Source of the DNA: the human T2T-CHM13v2.0 reference genome, Homo sapiens
Assembly: GCF_009914755.1 (NCBI RefSeq)
Contig: NC_060927.1
Direction: 5' to 3' (one strand)
Length of the DNA stretch: 64,000 nucleotides
Each line of letters starts with the position of its first letter. Positions within the stretch are counted from its first letter, which is position 1. Below the pieces are notes generated by a model. The model did not search any database, was not told the origin of the DNA, and was given only the letters and a program-made list of their open reading frames with translations. Shown here in pieces: positions 13,479 through 28,380 of the stretch. Position numbers and translations under genes: made by a program.

Positions 13479-14503
13479 TTACAACTTGGTATATTTTTGC
13501 AGTGGCTGGTACTGGTTTTTGCTTTCCATATTTAGTGCTTCCTTCAGGAGCTTTTGTAAGGCAGGCCTGGTAGTGACAAAATCTCTCAGCATTTGCTTCC
13601 CTGTAAATGATTTTATTTCTCCTTTGCTTATGAAGCTTCGTTTGGCTGCACATGAAATTCTGGGATGAAAATTCTTTTCTTTAAGAATGTTGAATATTGG
13701 CCCCCACTCTCTTCTGGCTTGTAGGGTTTCTGCAGAGAGATCTGCTGTCAGTCTGATGGGCTTCCCTTTATGGGTAACCCGAACTTTCTCTCTGGCTGCC
13801 CTTAATATTTTTCCCTTCATTTCAACCTTGGTGAATCTGACAATTATGTGTCTTGGGGTTGCTCTTCTCGAGGAGTATCTTTGTGGTGTTCTCTGTATTT
13901 CGTGAATTTGAATGTTGGCCTCTCTTGCTAGGTTGGGGAAGTTCTCCTGGATTATATTCTGAAGATTGTTTTCCAACTTGGTTCCATTCTCCCCATCAAT
14001 TTGAAGTACACCAATCAAACATAGGTTTGGTGTTTTCACGTAGTCCCATATTTCTTGGGGGCTTTGTTTGTTCCTTTTCATTCTTTTTCCTCTAATCTTG
14101 TCTTCACACTTTATTTCATTAAGTTGATCTTCAATCTCTGATATCCTTTCTTGCACTTGATCGATTCAGTTATTGATACTGTGTATGCTTCACAAAGTTC
14201 TCATGCTGTATTTTTGAGATCCATCAGGTCATTTATGTTCTTCTCTAAACTGGTTATTCTAGTTAGCAATTTCTCTAACCTTTTTTCGAGGTTCTTAGCT
14301 TGTTTGCATTGGTTTAGAACACGCTCCTTTAGCTTGGAGGAGTTTGTTATTACCCACCTTCTGAAGCCTACTGCTGTATATTCGTCAAACTCATTCTCCA
14401 TCCAGTTTTGTTCTCTCGTTGGCAAGGAGTTGTGATCCTTTGGAGGAGAAGAGGTGTTCTGGATTTTGGAATTTTCAGTCTTTTTGCACTGGTTTTTCCT
14501 CAT
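13479..14503 (-). pseudogene. L1 ORF1p, frameshifted
   Basis: MRKNQCKK.. (14201-14503) and ..RATPRHIIVRF..ARREWGPIFNILKEKNF..RPALQKLLKEAL (13479-14156) in different frames. Confidence 0.95.
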
Positions 14504-17500
14504 CTTCGTAGATTTATCTACCTTTGGTCTTTGATGTTGGTGACCTTCAGATGGGGTTTCTGTGTGGACGTTGTTTTTGTTGATGTTGATGCCATTCCTT
14601 TCTGTTTGTTAATTTTCCTTTTAACAGTCAGGCTCCTCTACTGCAGGTCTGCTGGAGTTTGCTGGAGCTCCACTCCAGACCCTGTTTGCCCGGGTATCAC
14701 CAGTGGAGGCTGCAGAACAGCAAATATTGCTGCCTGATTCTTCCTCTGGAAGCTTTGTTCCAGAGGGGCACCCACCAGATGCCAGCTGGAGCTCTCCTGT
14801 ATGAGGTATCTGTTGACCCCTGCTGGGAGCTGTCTCCCAGTCAGGAGGCATGGGGGTCAGGAACCCACTTGAGGAGGCAGTCTGTCCCTTGGTAGTGCTC
14901 GAGCACTGTGCTGGGAGATCCGCTGCTCTCTTCAGAGACAGTAGGCGGGAACATTTAAGTCTGCTGAAGCTGCGCCCACAGCCACCCCTTCCCCCAGGTG
15001 CTCTGTCCCAGGGAGATGGGGGTTTTATCTATAAGCCCCTACTGGAGCTGCTGCCTTTCTTTCAGAGATATCCTGCCCAGAGAGGAAGAATCTAGAGAGG
15101 CAGTCTGGCTACAGCGGCTTTGCCAAGCTGCAGTGTGCTCCACCCAGTTCTAACTTCCCAGTGGCTTTGTTTACACTGTGAGGGGAAAACCACCTACTCA
15201 AGCCTCAGCAATGGTGGATGCCCCTCCCCCAACGAAGCTCTAGCATCCCCAGTTGACTTTAGACTGCTGTGCTGGCAGCGAGAATTTCAAGCAAGTGGAT
15301 CTTAGCTTGCTGGGTTCCATGGGGGTGGGGTCCACTGAGCTAGACCACTTGGCTCCCTGGCTTCAGCCCCCTTTCCAGGGCAGTGAATAGTTCTGTCTTG
15401 CTGGCATTCCAGGTGCCACTGGGGTATGAAAAAATACTCCTGCAGCTAGTTCAGTGTCTGCCAATATGGCCGCTTAGTTTTGCACTTGAAACCCAAGGCC
15501 CTGGTGGTGTAGGCACCAGAGGGAATCTCCTGGTCTGCAGGTTGCAAAGACAGTGGGAAAAGTGTAGTATCTGGGCTGGAGAGCACCATTCCTCACAGCA
15601 CAGTCCCCCATGGCTTCCCTTGGCTAGGGGAGGGAGTTCCCCAACCCCTCGCACTTCCCAGATGAGGCGATGCCCCACCTTGCTTCAGCTTGCCCTCCAT
15701 GGGCTGCACCCACTGTCTAACTAGTCCCAGTGAGATGAGCTGGGTACCTCAATTGCAAATGCAGAAATCACCTACCTTCTGCCTTGATCTTGCTGGGAAC
15801 TACAGACTGGCACTCTTCCTATTCAGCTATCTTGCCAGCCACCTATTTATTTATTTTTTATTCTTTTCTCCTTTTGAGGAGGCATTTCTCTTACAAGGAG
15901 GCAGGAATGTGATACAACAACCAGATGCAAAAATCAGGAGTTCAACAAAAACCTCCACTGCTTACCAATAACTGAGAGCAAGATTGTGTCCCAAATTGAG
16001 AAATTTCAGTTCCACTCCCCAGCTCTGCTTCTGTATCATTATTGATTCTCAGGAGAATAAACCAGAGGTTGAGACTGGGACTACAAGATGGAAAATGGGG
16101 CTACGTCTTGTCTCCAGTGACATTATTTAGTGTGTCTGAAATCATAAATAGTATAATTATTGTTACATTAACAAACCTTTTATTAACAGTTTCCCTTCTA
16201 GACACAGAACGTTTTACCCCCTTTTAATAAGAATTTTTTGAAAAAGCTTTAGTTCCCCCAAATTTCCACAAAAGACTCAACATGTGGGGTCCCCGTTGCC
16301 CCTATACTTTTTGGTCACCCATTATTTCTCTTAATGTATGGGTCTTAATATCCTATCATAGTTTATATTAATACTAAAGGACAAGAAATAAATCATACTT
16401 GTCTCATTATTGGAACAAAACAATAATTTAGACGGTTGGTGGTCAGTGCATAACACAAATTTTTAAAAATATAGATGACAACATGAGCTGGTGATTGTCA
16501 AGTTTCCCTAGTAAATTATTTTGGAATATTTAGCCCATTCATCAAGAAAAGTTAGGCAGTTTCAGGCCAGGTTACAAGTGGAAAGACATTTGTCAGGGCT
16601 GTTTTCACTGGCAAAGTACTTTAATGAGATGGCATTGAGAGAAGATAGCTAAAAGAACAAAGTCAGGTTTGTTGTGAGGCCTTCAGTAACCCAAGAAGCC
16701 ACACTGCTTGGGGGCAGAGGCTGTGGAAAGGGTAATTACAGGGGGTTCCAGTCACACATACACCCCACAGAGAAACAACTGGCCATTGATGGTCCACACC
16801 AGTGGAGGGGCACGGAGGCTGGGAGGATGCAAAACAGCAGATACCTCAGAAATTATTTCTGATTGCCTTTCAAGGCATTATATTTGTTCCATCACTAGGA
16901 ACAAACAAACAAACAAACAAACAAGAAAGCTAATAGTGGCAAAAGCAAGGAAAATATAGAAAGGGAGATTTCACAAGCCAGCATTGTGAAACAAAAAGAA
17001 AGAGGTGAGTGGGCCCTCTTTCAATTTTGTTGAATTAATGCAAGCCACAGGATGTTTTGATTTGGTGTGGATGTTCCTACTGGGAATATATGAAGGTTTG
17101 TGAGTTTAAGGAAGAAGATCTGTCACCCACAAAAATCTGGTAAAAGGATGTCCGTGGATATGAAGAATCCCTGGAATGAGGGGTGCGTCCCAAATCTGCT
17201 CGAACATTTATAGTACAAACTTTACAACTTAAGCCAGTGCCTACAAGGCCATGGGGATTACAGACTCTACTACCACTGTCACTGGTAGACTGTTCACTTC
17301 CTCCTGGAGACCCTGGGAAGGACTGCAGTAAATTTAAAAGTCATATTGCATTACCAGAGAGATTAAGATGAAACACAGGGAGTTCAGGAGCTAAAAGACA
17401 GACAAGCAGGGTGAAGTGACCATCTTTCAGGTAGATGCCATTAACATGTTTGATTCAAAGGAAGAGAGAATAGAGGGAGAAACTGAAGAGGTGCTTTCAA

Positions 17501-17989
17501 CAGCACTGGGGCTGGAGTCATTAAACGGCAACTGCTATTGAGGGAAAGCCTACTTCTATAAAAAGCCACTGAGAGGGAAAAGTTAGAAGTTGCTCCAGTG
17601 GCAAGAATACTCTAGAAACAGGGTAAAGTTGCAATACTTATTAGGGCTTAAACAGAGATAATGAGGAATAATTTTGATGAGCACAATCATACATGATTGA
17701 TTTTTTTTTAAACAAAATCCTCTGATCTTGATTACACACTCTGATATATAAACCACCTTCCCTTTTTAGAAAGCTTAACCCCTCTGAATAAATTCAGCTC
17801 ATGTTTCAAATTAAGTTATAATGCCAGATTGAATTCAAATAAAACATAAAATAAATTTGTGTTCTTGGTACTCAGGGAAATGTAGCATGTTTTATTATTA
17901 TTTCTTCAATGTGCTTGGTATAGTGTCTTTCACTTCACAGGTGAGAAATAAACATGTTGACTCTCTTGATGTAATTGGTGCTCGTGTTT

Positions 17990-18690
17990 CTTCTTAATAA
18001 TCAATTCTTGATGCCACGGATTCTACTACTGACCTGATTTGATAGTGACCTCCTAGTTTGTTACATCCTCTGGACATTTTACATCTGTTAATTTCATCAA
18101 TTTTACCTAGAATTTTATACCTTCCTTCTCTCCATTCCTTGTTTTTGTGGTAACTATCTCTCAATTCTTCTTGTACCTCTCTTGACTACCCTCCTTTTTA
18201 TTTCCTTTGCAGTTCTTCCTCCTTCTCTTCCAAAACCTTTAAATATTTCTATATTTTTTGCTGGCCCATGTGTTCTGACAAATCCCACATCCATATCTCC
18301 AGCCCAGAATGGTTTTGTGAGCTCAAGAAGCATATATCCAATAGCCTACTAGAAATCTGCAACTGAGTGTTCCAGTGATAATTCAAATTCAAATATGTAC
18401 ATTTCCCCTACCAAACTTCTTATATATTTTCTTGATGAAAGGCCCAATTTTTACCCAGTTACCCAAGGCTGGAATTTATCACTCATCTTAGACTTGTCCC
18501 TCCCTGTGCCCCTGATGTTCAATCGGTAGCCCTTCTATATGTCCTCTCCATATTACTACTTTTGCCAGAGTCCAGTCTATCTTCATTTCTCTCCTAAAAT
18601 GTAGCAATAGTGCCTTTTTGTTTAGCTGAGCCTCTAATTTTCTATCTCCAACCCAGCCTTAATTCTGCCCCCAAAATGACTTCTCTCAAA
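17990..18690. mobile_element. L2 LINE fragment
   Basis: 'atccatatctccagcccaga..catatatccaatagcctactagaaatctgc..cccagttacccaaggctggaa' L2-like; boundaries approximate. Confidence 0.65.
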
Positions 18691-19817
18691 CAATGTCAGA
18701 AGAAAGGGCAGAATCACATTGCTAAGAGGAAAACCCTAAGTCACCATGTGAGCATCAAATCAAGTTGCTGTATGGGCTTTTCTGTTCTGTGAGCCAGTGT
18801 CTCCCCCAGCCCCTGCTTTCTTTTTCTTTTCTTTCTTTTTTTTTTTTCCATTTCAACCAGTTTGAATTATGTTTTCTGTCACTTGCAACCAAATGATAAT
18901 TAACTAACATACCATTATACATATGGAATAAAAATTAAACTTTCTCTCCCTGGCAATCTAACCTTGTTTCTCTCCTTTCACTCCCTACTTCACCCTCTCT
19001 AGCCCAGGATACCCTCATGCCTTTACAATTCAGATCTCTCCCCTCATTCAAAATCCTGCTCCTTCTTTAAGTCTCTGTAAATTCTTCTTTGACTCTTTCA
19101 GGTTGAAATAGGCATTGTTAAGATGTCCTGTGCTCAGTAGGGTCACTTACAAAGTAATCTCAATCAATGGATGGGACCATCCATGGAATGAACTGATAAA
19201 TACCATCAACAGCATTTGAGTGAAAAGCACAGCTTGGATGAATTTGGGAGAAACTTTTTTAGTTGACGGGAGATGCTTTGAACTTTTAGAACCGTGGTGC
19301 TGTCTTCCAAGGTAGGAATGAATAGAACAGTATTTTCAAGTGAGAAGATGCTTGATAAATATCCTATCAGGTCAAATGAAAGGAAATCTCAGTGTTTCTA
19401 TGACTAGGAAACCGTGAGAGGATGGGTAGGAGTAGGAGGCTCCTCCCTTATACAGTAAAGTTCAGTGAACAAGTGTCTTTTTAGCATATTACCATAAAGT
19501 GTATATGCAAAATACACCACTAAATTTTCCTAAACAATTAGTAATATTTCTCTTCATTTTCTGCTTTCTCCAAATCATTAGTTGTATTCATTTATTTGAT
19601 TTCTACACTGGTACTTTTAAGAAAAAAGTCATTTTAAAATGCACTATTAAGAATATCTTTTACATTCAGAGAACATGTCTCCTTGATTTTCTGCTGGATT
19701 CACATATTTGCAATCTTCCTTATAGGGAAAGGCAGGACAGAAGGCAGGAGCTTAGATTAGGCACCTACTCAGTGGGCCAGAGCCTTTGCAAGTGTTGTTT
19801 AATTTAATTATCATGAG

Positions 19818-19850
<33 letters not shown>
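19818..19850. repeat. (ATT)n microsatellite
   Basis: About 11 ATT units. Confidence 0.95.
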
Positions 19851-19949
19851 GGTATAGGTGGGTGTTGGTTGAGGGCAACCTCTTTTCTTTATAAGAATGC
19901 CCCCCAGATGGATCAGGTCTCACCGAGTTTTCACAACATGAAGAGAGAG

Positions 19950-20190
19950 GAGTGTAGTGCTGAGAACTTCAAACAAGGGTGGAATGATGGGTTTACATTT
20001 TAGCTCCACCCTTTACCAGCTGGGTGACTATGGATAAGTGGCTTAACCGCTCTGAACATTGGTTTCATCATCTGTAAGATGAGGAAATTAATAGTACTTA
20101 CATCATTGAGTTATTGTGATGATTAAATGAGTTGATATTTTCAGGTGCTTAGAAGAAAGCATGGCACTTGGTAAGTGCTACAGTGTTGCT
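19950..20190 (+). mobile_element. MIR
   Basis: 'ctttaccagctgggtgactatggataagtggcttaaccgctctgaacattggtttcatcatctgtaagatg..attaaatgag'. Confidence 0.8.
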
Positions 20191-21849
20191 TAACAAACTA
20201 AACAAAATATTCCCCAAATGTCATCTCTCCTCTGCAATAAAATAGCAAGGAAACCGCCTCCCTCAGTCCAACCAGCTTTTAAATCCAAGATTTCCAGATC
20301 AATCTAAAAAATATATCATCAAATCCATTAAATCATCTGAGTGTTTGACTCTCTTTGAAGGCCCTATGACAATAACCAGCATAAGGTTAGGCCATTAGGG
20401 AGACTAAGAGTGCCAGTCATCGGTGGTGCTTCCTTTATTCTCTATAAATTTGGAATATGAAAACCTAAATATCCTCTTGAAAAGAGAGATGTTGAGAAGG
20501 AAAAAATGTCCTCCACAGTTATTTTAATGATGTATCCTCTGCATGTGTACTTTGAGGGTGTTGGATTGAGGCTGCTATAGCCATTTCCAAGCTTATCAGG
20601 AAAGAGTTTGATGTTCAACTAGTAATGTCTTCCATCGGCACAAGAAGGGCACTGGAAGGAGGCATGCGTCTGATAGACCTGCACCCTTATCTTATAAGAA
20701 AACACAGAGACCTAGAGAAATGGAGTGATTTGCTCTGTATCACATAGCGGGCCTGGTCAAGAGTATAAACCTGGGACCAGTGGTGGAAAGTATGTATGTT
20801 GGGGGTGGTAGGTGGGGGTTGACTTGGAGATCACATGTAAATTTCATCAACCATTTTCCCAAAGTTAAAGCTTTTCTATAGGCTAGGCTTTATGAAAAGT
20901 TTATATCTTGACCTAGGGTTGACATACTTAGGTATCCTCAAACTAATAAAAAACAAATACAACATAATTTAGATTCACCCAATAGGATTGTCTGGGATGA
21001 CAGAGAACATATCCAGAGTTTCACCCCTGGAAGCCTCAGTGACAAGTACGGCAATGACTCACCCCACCTGCAAAGACAGTTATGAAGAACGACAAGCAAG
21101 AAATGCTGGCCGAAATCTTGGCGATGAGAAAACCCATACATTACTGCAAACTCGCCACAGAGCTACAAAAACTGAACTGGTCATGCAGGTTCCAGTACCT
21201 GGGTGATCCTTTTGGTTACTATAGGTGCCCTCCAAACATTGAGAAGTTGGATCAAGACACAAATACGAATTCATCTCCCCCTGGTGGATCTCAAACAGTT
21301 TTGGAAATGAATAGAAAGGTTTATGCCAATATTTAAATATTAACAATGCTGTTACCTGATAATTACGTGTCATTTTGTCTGCAAGAATTAAAGAAAACTT
21401 TCTGCTTGAGTTGCTGAAATGCCACCACTTTTCAAAGGACATCAAGTATAAATAAGTTCTATTACTTACAACAAAATGCAGGCTTTGTTTAGCTACAAAG
21501 AAGCACAGTGAAATTCTAATTTAAGCCAAGGAGTTTACTGAAGAAGACACAGTAGATATATATTTTTTAAGTTGTTGTTAACCAGTTTTTTACTGGCTAT
21601 CATGACATGGGAAAAAGCTTTTGATAATAACTGAGTGATCTTGTGTTTTGGACTTCTATAGGGTTGCTGCAGATGACTGCAAATATCGTCATTTGGTAAG
21701 AATGGGTACAACGGGAATAGACAAAAGATCTTTACTACAGCCCAAAAAGAAAAGTGTGCTAGTTGATTTCAGGAATCCTTTTGGTTCCCTGTGTATGTTC
21801 TTGGGAATTCATGAGTTAACCAGAATATCTTCATCAGCAATATGTTGTC

Positions 21850-22060
21850 AAGTAGAAAGCACAGATCTTTGAGCCAAAAAAGTAGGGTTTATGTCCTGGC
21901 TCTGGGATCATTAGCTGAGTGATCCTGGGCAAGTCACTGTTAGTCTCTCTACTAAAACTTAGCTTGCTCATCTGTGAAGAAAGCTAGCATAGTCTATTTC
22001 ACCAGGTTGTTTTGAGATCCAAATAAGAAACATATGTAAAAATGCACAGCACCATGAGGT
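21850..22060 (+). mobile_element. MIR fragment
   Basis: 'ttagctgagtgatcctgggcaagtcact..gctcatctgtgaa'. Confidence 0.65.
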
Positions 22061-22550
22061 ACATGTACATGTTTTGTAAAAATTAGTTGAATGTGAATAA
22101 AAATGCTTTGCTTTTATTTTGAATTCGATGCCAAGAAGTACTTTATGTTGCCCGACTCTTGTGTGCTTTCTAGTTTGTGAAGTGTTGTCTTTTAAAGTCA
22201 AGAGTAGGTTTCACTTGGCAGGTGACTTAGCTCTGTAATGTTAATGGTCATCTCAAATTTAACTGATTTATGAGTTCAGAATGTGATACATCAAATAATA
22301 TAAAATAAGATGTCTTGTTTGTGCATAGTCAAATGGCAAGATTATTTTATCATTAAAAAATGTTAATGAGAGACTCAGTCATTCTGCTACCTATGTAGAA
22401 AACATTTCAAATATCTAATCCCAGGTCCTTTAACATTGAATACACATTTTTCTTCATTATATTTAAAATTTTTTTTTGTTGTATAAATAATTTTTATGGA
22501 AAAAGTAAAATAACACACCAGTATAGTTAGGTAAAAAAATAAAAGTCCCA

Positions 22551-22835
22551 CCAGGTGTGGTAGCTCACACCTGTAATCCCAGCACTTTGGGAGGCCGAAG
22601 TGGGTGAGCCCTGGAGTTCAAGACTAGCCTGAGCAACATGGCAAAACCCTGTCTTTACAAAAAATATAAAAATCAGCAGGGCATAGTGGGGCATACCTGT
22701 AGTCCCTGCTACTCGGGAGGCTGAGGCAGGAGGATCACTGGGAGGTTGAGGCTGCAGTGAGCAGTGATTGTGCCATTGCACTCCAGCCTGGGCAAAAGAG
22801 TGAGACCCTGTCTCTAAAAAAAAAAAAAAAAAAAA
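22551..22835 (+). mobile_element. AluJ-type element
   Basis: Two Alu arms with J-like 'aggatcact..gaggctgcagtgagc..gtgagaccctgtctc' and poly-A. Confidence 0.95.
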
Positions 22836-24799
22836 GCATTTACTGTCTACCTCCCCATCCCACTCATTAAAAGTAAACCCTGTTGGTTATGTTTATCATT
22901 CCAAAATTTTTTCCATTCATGTGCAAACAAATAGATTAGATAGGTATTTTACAACTCAATATGAAATTATATTGACATATTATCTGGCAACTTGCTTTTA
23001 CTCACGTAATAACATACTGTGGGCATTTATATGTACCTTCTTAATAGTGACTGTGTAAGTCACTAGAAATGACTACAAGAGACCCCACTTGAATCCAGCT
23101 CCCATTATGACATATGTAATAAGCTTTATAGATTTAAAAATTAGGAGCATCTATTGAAGAAAGAGGAGGAGTGATCATAAAGCTGGCCAGTGGGAGAATA
23201 AGTTGGACTGACCAGGCCTCTGTGCAAGGTCTGGGCAGAAAAAGGAAATCTATACCCAGATTGTAAGGCAGACTTCTTGACCCATGTGGAAATAAGCAGT
23301 GTCTGAAAGGAAGGGGAAGAGAAAAAAGAAGGATTAATGTTTTCTATATAGCTACTGTATGTCCAGTACAGGATTGGGCCCTGTCTCATACTACAGCAAA
23401 TGCAATTCTCATCACAATTCTGGTAGGCAGTTACTATTACCCTTAATTTACAAATAAACTGAGGGCTTAGGCCAGTCACTAACAAGACACCTAATAAATG
23501 TCAGGATTGGGATATAAGCCCTGTCTCTAAATCCAAAGCCCCAGCTCCTTCTTTGGTATCTGGGTGGGATTAAAGTGAACAACATATGTAGGGTACCTAT
23601 TTCAATGTTTTACAAATGAGTTGTTCAGAAAAATCTAGTCCTTCTTCCCCAATATATAAATATATTTCAAAATGTCTGTGTATCTGAAATTAGACACATA
23701 TGGCAGGAGGGAAGTTTTTCCTTCATACTTACTATCAAATGCAATACTATATAATAGTGCCCCAATCAATTTTAGTAGAGTTGGAGGATCAAATTTGGTA
23801 CTGGCTAAGATGTGACATGCTTGAATTTTAAAAAGGAAAGAAGAATCAATTGTGATTTTATTTATTTATTTATAGACTGAGAGGGTCTTTACCCTTTCAA
23901 CTCATAGCTATGACAGAAAAATCTTGGATATCAAGTCTTTCTGTCGTAACAGCTCAATAGGCATTTAAACTTCCAGTGAGTCAGAGATATGTGAGTTGAA
24001 ATTCCACTGAAATCTATGGTTAGAAAGTGCTTATGTCAGCTCCTGCTAAGCTCCCACTGAAGCACTTTGCTGATCATAATTAATCAGGGAAGTTTGCTCA
24101 CTGACATGTTGTACAGGTCAGTCAAGTTCTTGTGCAACGATCTGGGGAGCAGCTCTTGACCCACAGTTATGACAAAGTGATCGACAGTCAGTCGCACAGG
24201 AGCTTAGCCTGCTTTACTCATGACTGTATGCCAGAACTGCAGAGAGAACCTGGGATCCAGGAGACTCTCCAAGAGTACTTAACAAATGAATGAATGAATG
24301 AGCTCAAAATCAGAACAGAAACTTGAATGCTGGTCTCACATTTGTCACTAATGGCCATGTCGTACACCTTAAATAAATAACCAAAGGAAAGAATAAAATA
24401 AAGGAGGCGATCATTTCCTTACCTTTGCACTTAGATATGATCTGGGATATTGTGTTCAGATCCAGCTGTCTTTTAAAACAGTACATTTTAATAAGGGTGA
24501 CACACTAAAGTGTCTCTGCTGGTGGGCGTCTAGAAGGCTGAAGGGTCCTGAATCTTATAATTCAGATGGAATTGAAATAAACTGGAATCATCCAGTGAAG
24601 ATTAAGACTTGAGAAAAGACAAGACAGCTTCATTGAAAGAGAGTAGCACAGTGTCTAGATCAAGGAAATATTAGCCACAAATTGCATTCTTTAGATTTTA
24701 GACAATATCTGAATTATGATGCTTGCTTCTGGATGCAACTTTTAAATCAATTAATTCTCTTACTATAGGAATAATAGATTTTCATAGTTAAAAAAAAAA

Positions 24800-26180
24800 A
24801 ATACTGTGAAGCATCTCATCATCATCCCAAAATCTTAATTGCATCCCTCAGAGAAAATGAATGTAAATAATTCAATATGTATACTCCAGGTTTTTTATGC
24901 AAATATAACATATGTTGGCATATTTTTAAGCTTACGTGGGATCAAGTTTTCATAGTTTGACATTTTTGACTTAAGATATATTATCTTTTCATATTATCCA
25001 TATACATTATGCTTCATCCTTATTAATTGTTACATAATATTCTATGGCGTGAATGTGCTATAGTTCGGCTTAATTCTCTTTTGAATATTATAGTATATTA
25101 AATTATATCCTATTGATAAAAATTATTTCCAATTTTTAAAATTACAAATAATGCCATTATAAACCTTCTTGGTCATTCATTGTATACTTCTACAAGAATA
25201 TTCATAGTTAAAGTCCCTAAAGTGCTGTTACCAGGTCAGAGGACACGTGCATGTTTGTTTCAATCTTGTTCTTGTTAAGCTTCTCCAAATTGCCCTTCTT
25301 GAATTGCCTGTTTCTTCGCTTCTTCACCAACTAGATATTTTCAAAATTTTAAATTTGTCAGGTGAAAAATATCTCATTGTTTTAATTTGCATTTCTTATT
25401 TTACTTGTGAAGTTGAATATTATTCCATGATTATTGACAATTATCTATGAACTTCCTGTTTATGTATTGGCCTGTTTTGTTAGATTATTTTTTTCTCTTT
25501 GTCTTATTGATCTCTAAGAGTTCTTTGCATACTAAGAATATTAGCCCTTTGTCATAGACATTACAAATGTTATTTGCTAGTTTGTAGTTTTATCTTTTGA
25601 TTTTATTTATGGAATTTTTCATAGAATAGCATCTTTATTTACTTGATTTAGTTTTTTATTATGTTTTAATTTTTGATTTATATTTTTATTCATTTTTGAA
25701 TAAAGTTGAATTTAGTCTATTTCTTTCCTTTATGATTCTGAGTTTCATGCCATATCTTTGCCATGCCAAAACTATATATTTTTAAATTCCCCATTTAAAA
25801 AATATTTCTATGGTATTTTCTATGTTTAAATGTTTGCTCCATCTGGAATTTGTTTTAAAGAGTGAAGCAGAGATCAAATCTCCTATTCCTGCAAACAGCT
25901 AGAAATAAAACTCAACATTATTTATTGATTAACCTATTTTTACTCTGATGACTTGAAGGGCTATTCTTATTATACACTAAGTTATCATATGTATTATGTC
26001 CTACTTCTAGATTTTCTATTCAGTTCTTGTATAACATAGAATATTTTCATTTCTAGCAGATCTCATACCATCCCTTTCTCACTTCCCCCACTCTCCCTGG
26101 CCCCCCGCCACACACACTCCTCCACCCTGTTCTCTTCCATAACACTTTCCTGGTTGCTTAGGCATGTTTATTTTTCCAGG
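24800..26180 (-). mobile_element. Old L1M/L1ME fragment
   Basis: 'atctcattgttttaatttgcatttctt', 'attagccctttgtc', 'tccatctggaattt' degenerate reverse L1 ORF2/3' text. Confidence 0.7.
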
Positions 26181-26279
26181 TGACAACTATATTTTTAAAA
26201 CAATGGGTTTAAATTAAAGCAACACCAACCCTCCATCAAAACGACCAGTCGTCACCTATGTTTGGCTTTTCTTCCTGTG

Positions 26280-28380
<2,101 letters not shown>

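Larger units (their letters stand above)
8972..15843 (-). mobile_element. Full-length, inactive LINE-1 (L1PA7-like) with internal rearrangements
   Basis: 5' end GGTGGCTGGCAAGAT at 15843; ~1.3-kb 5' UTR; ORF1 and ORF2 remnants; 3' UTR 'actttaagttctgggatacatgtgcagaac'; probable low-complexity TSD TATTTATTTATTT at 8959-8971 and 15844-15856. Confidence 0.96.

Noticed and set aside
9093-14503. Long ORFs (265 aa, 225 aa and others) as a functional RT/endonuclease system
   Set aside because: They are fragments of ordinary L1 ORF1/ORF2 broken by frameshifts, stops and insertions.
15211-15243. L1 antisense ORF0 homologue (ATG GTG GAT GCC CCT CCC CCA..)
   Set aside because: It stops after 10 codons (MVDAPPPTKL*), so it is not an intact ORF0.
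20988-21336. Overlapping + strand ORFs of 72 and 84 aa in unique sequence
   Set aside because: No recognisable family, no convincing splice sites in frame, and no poly-A or TSD for a retrocopy.
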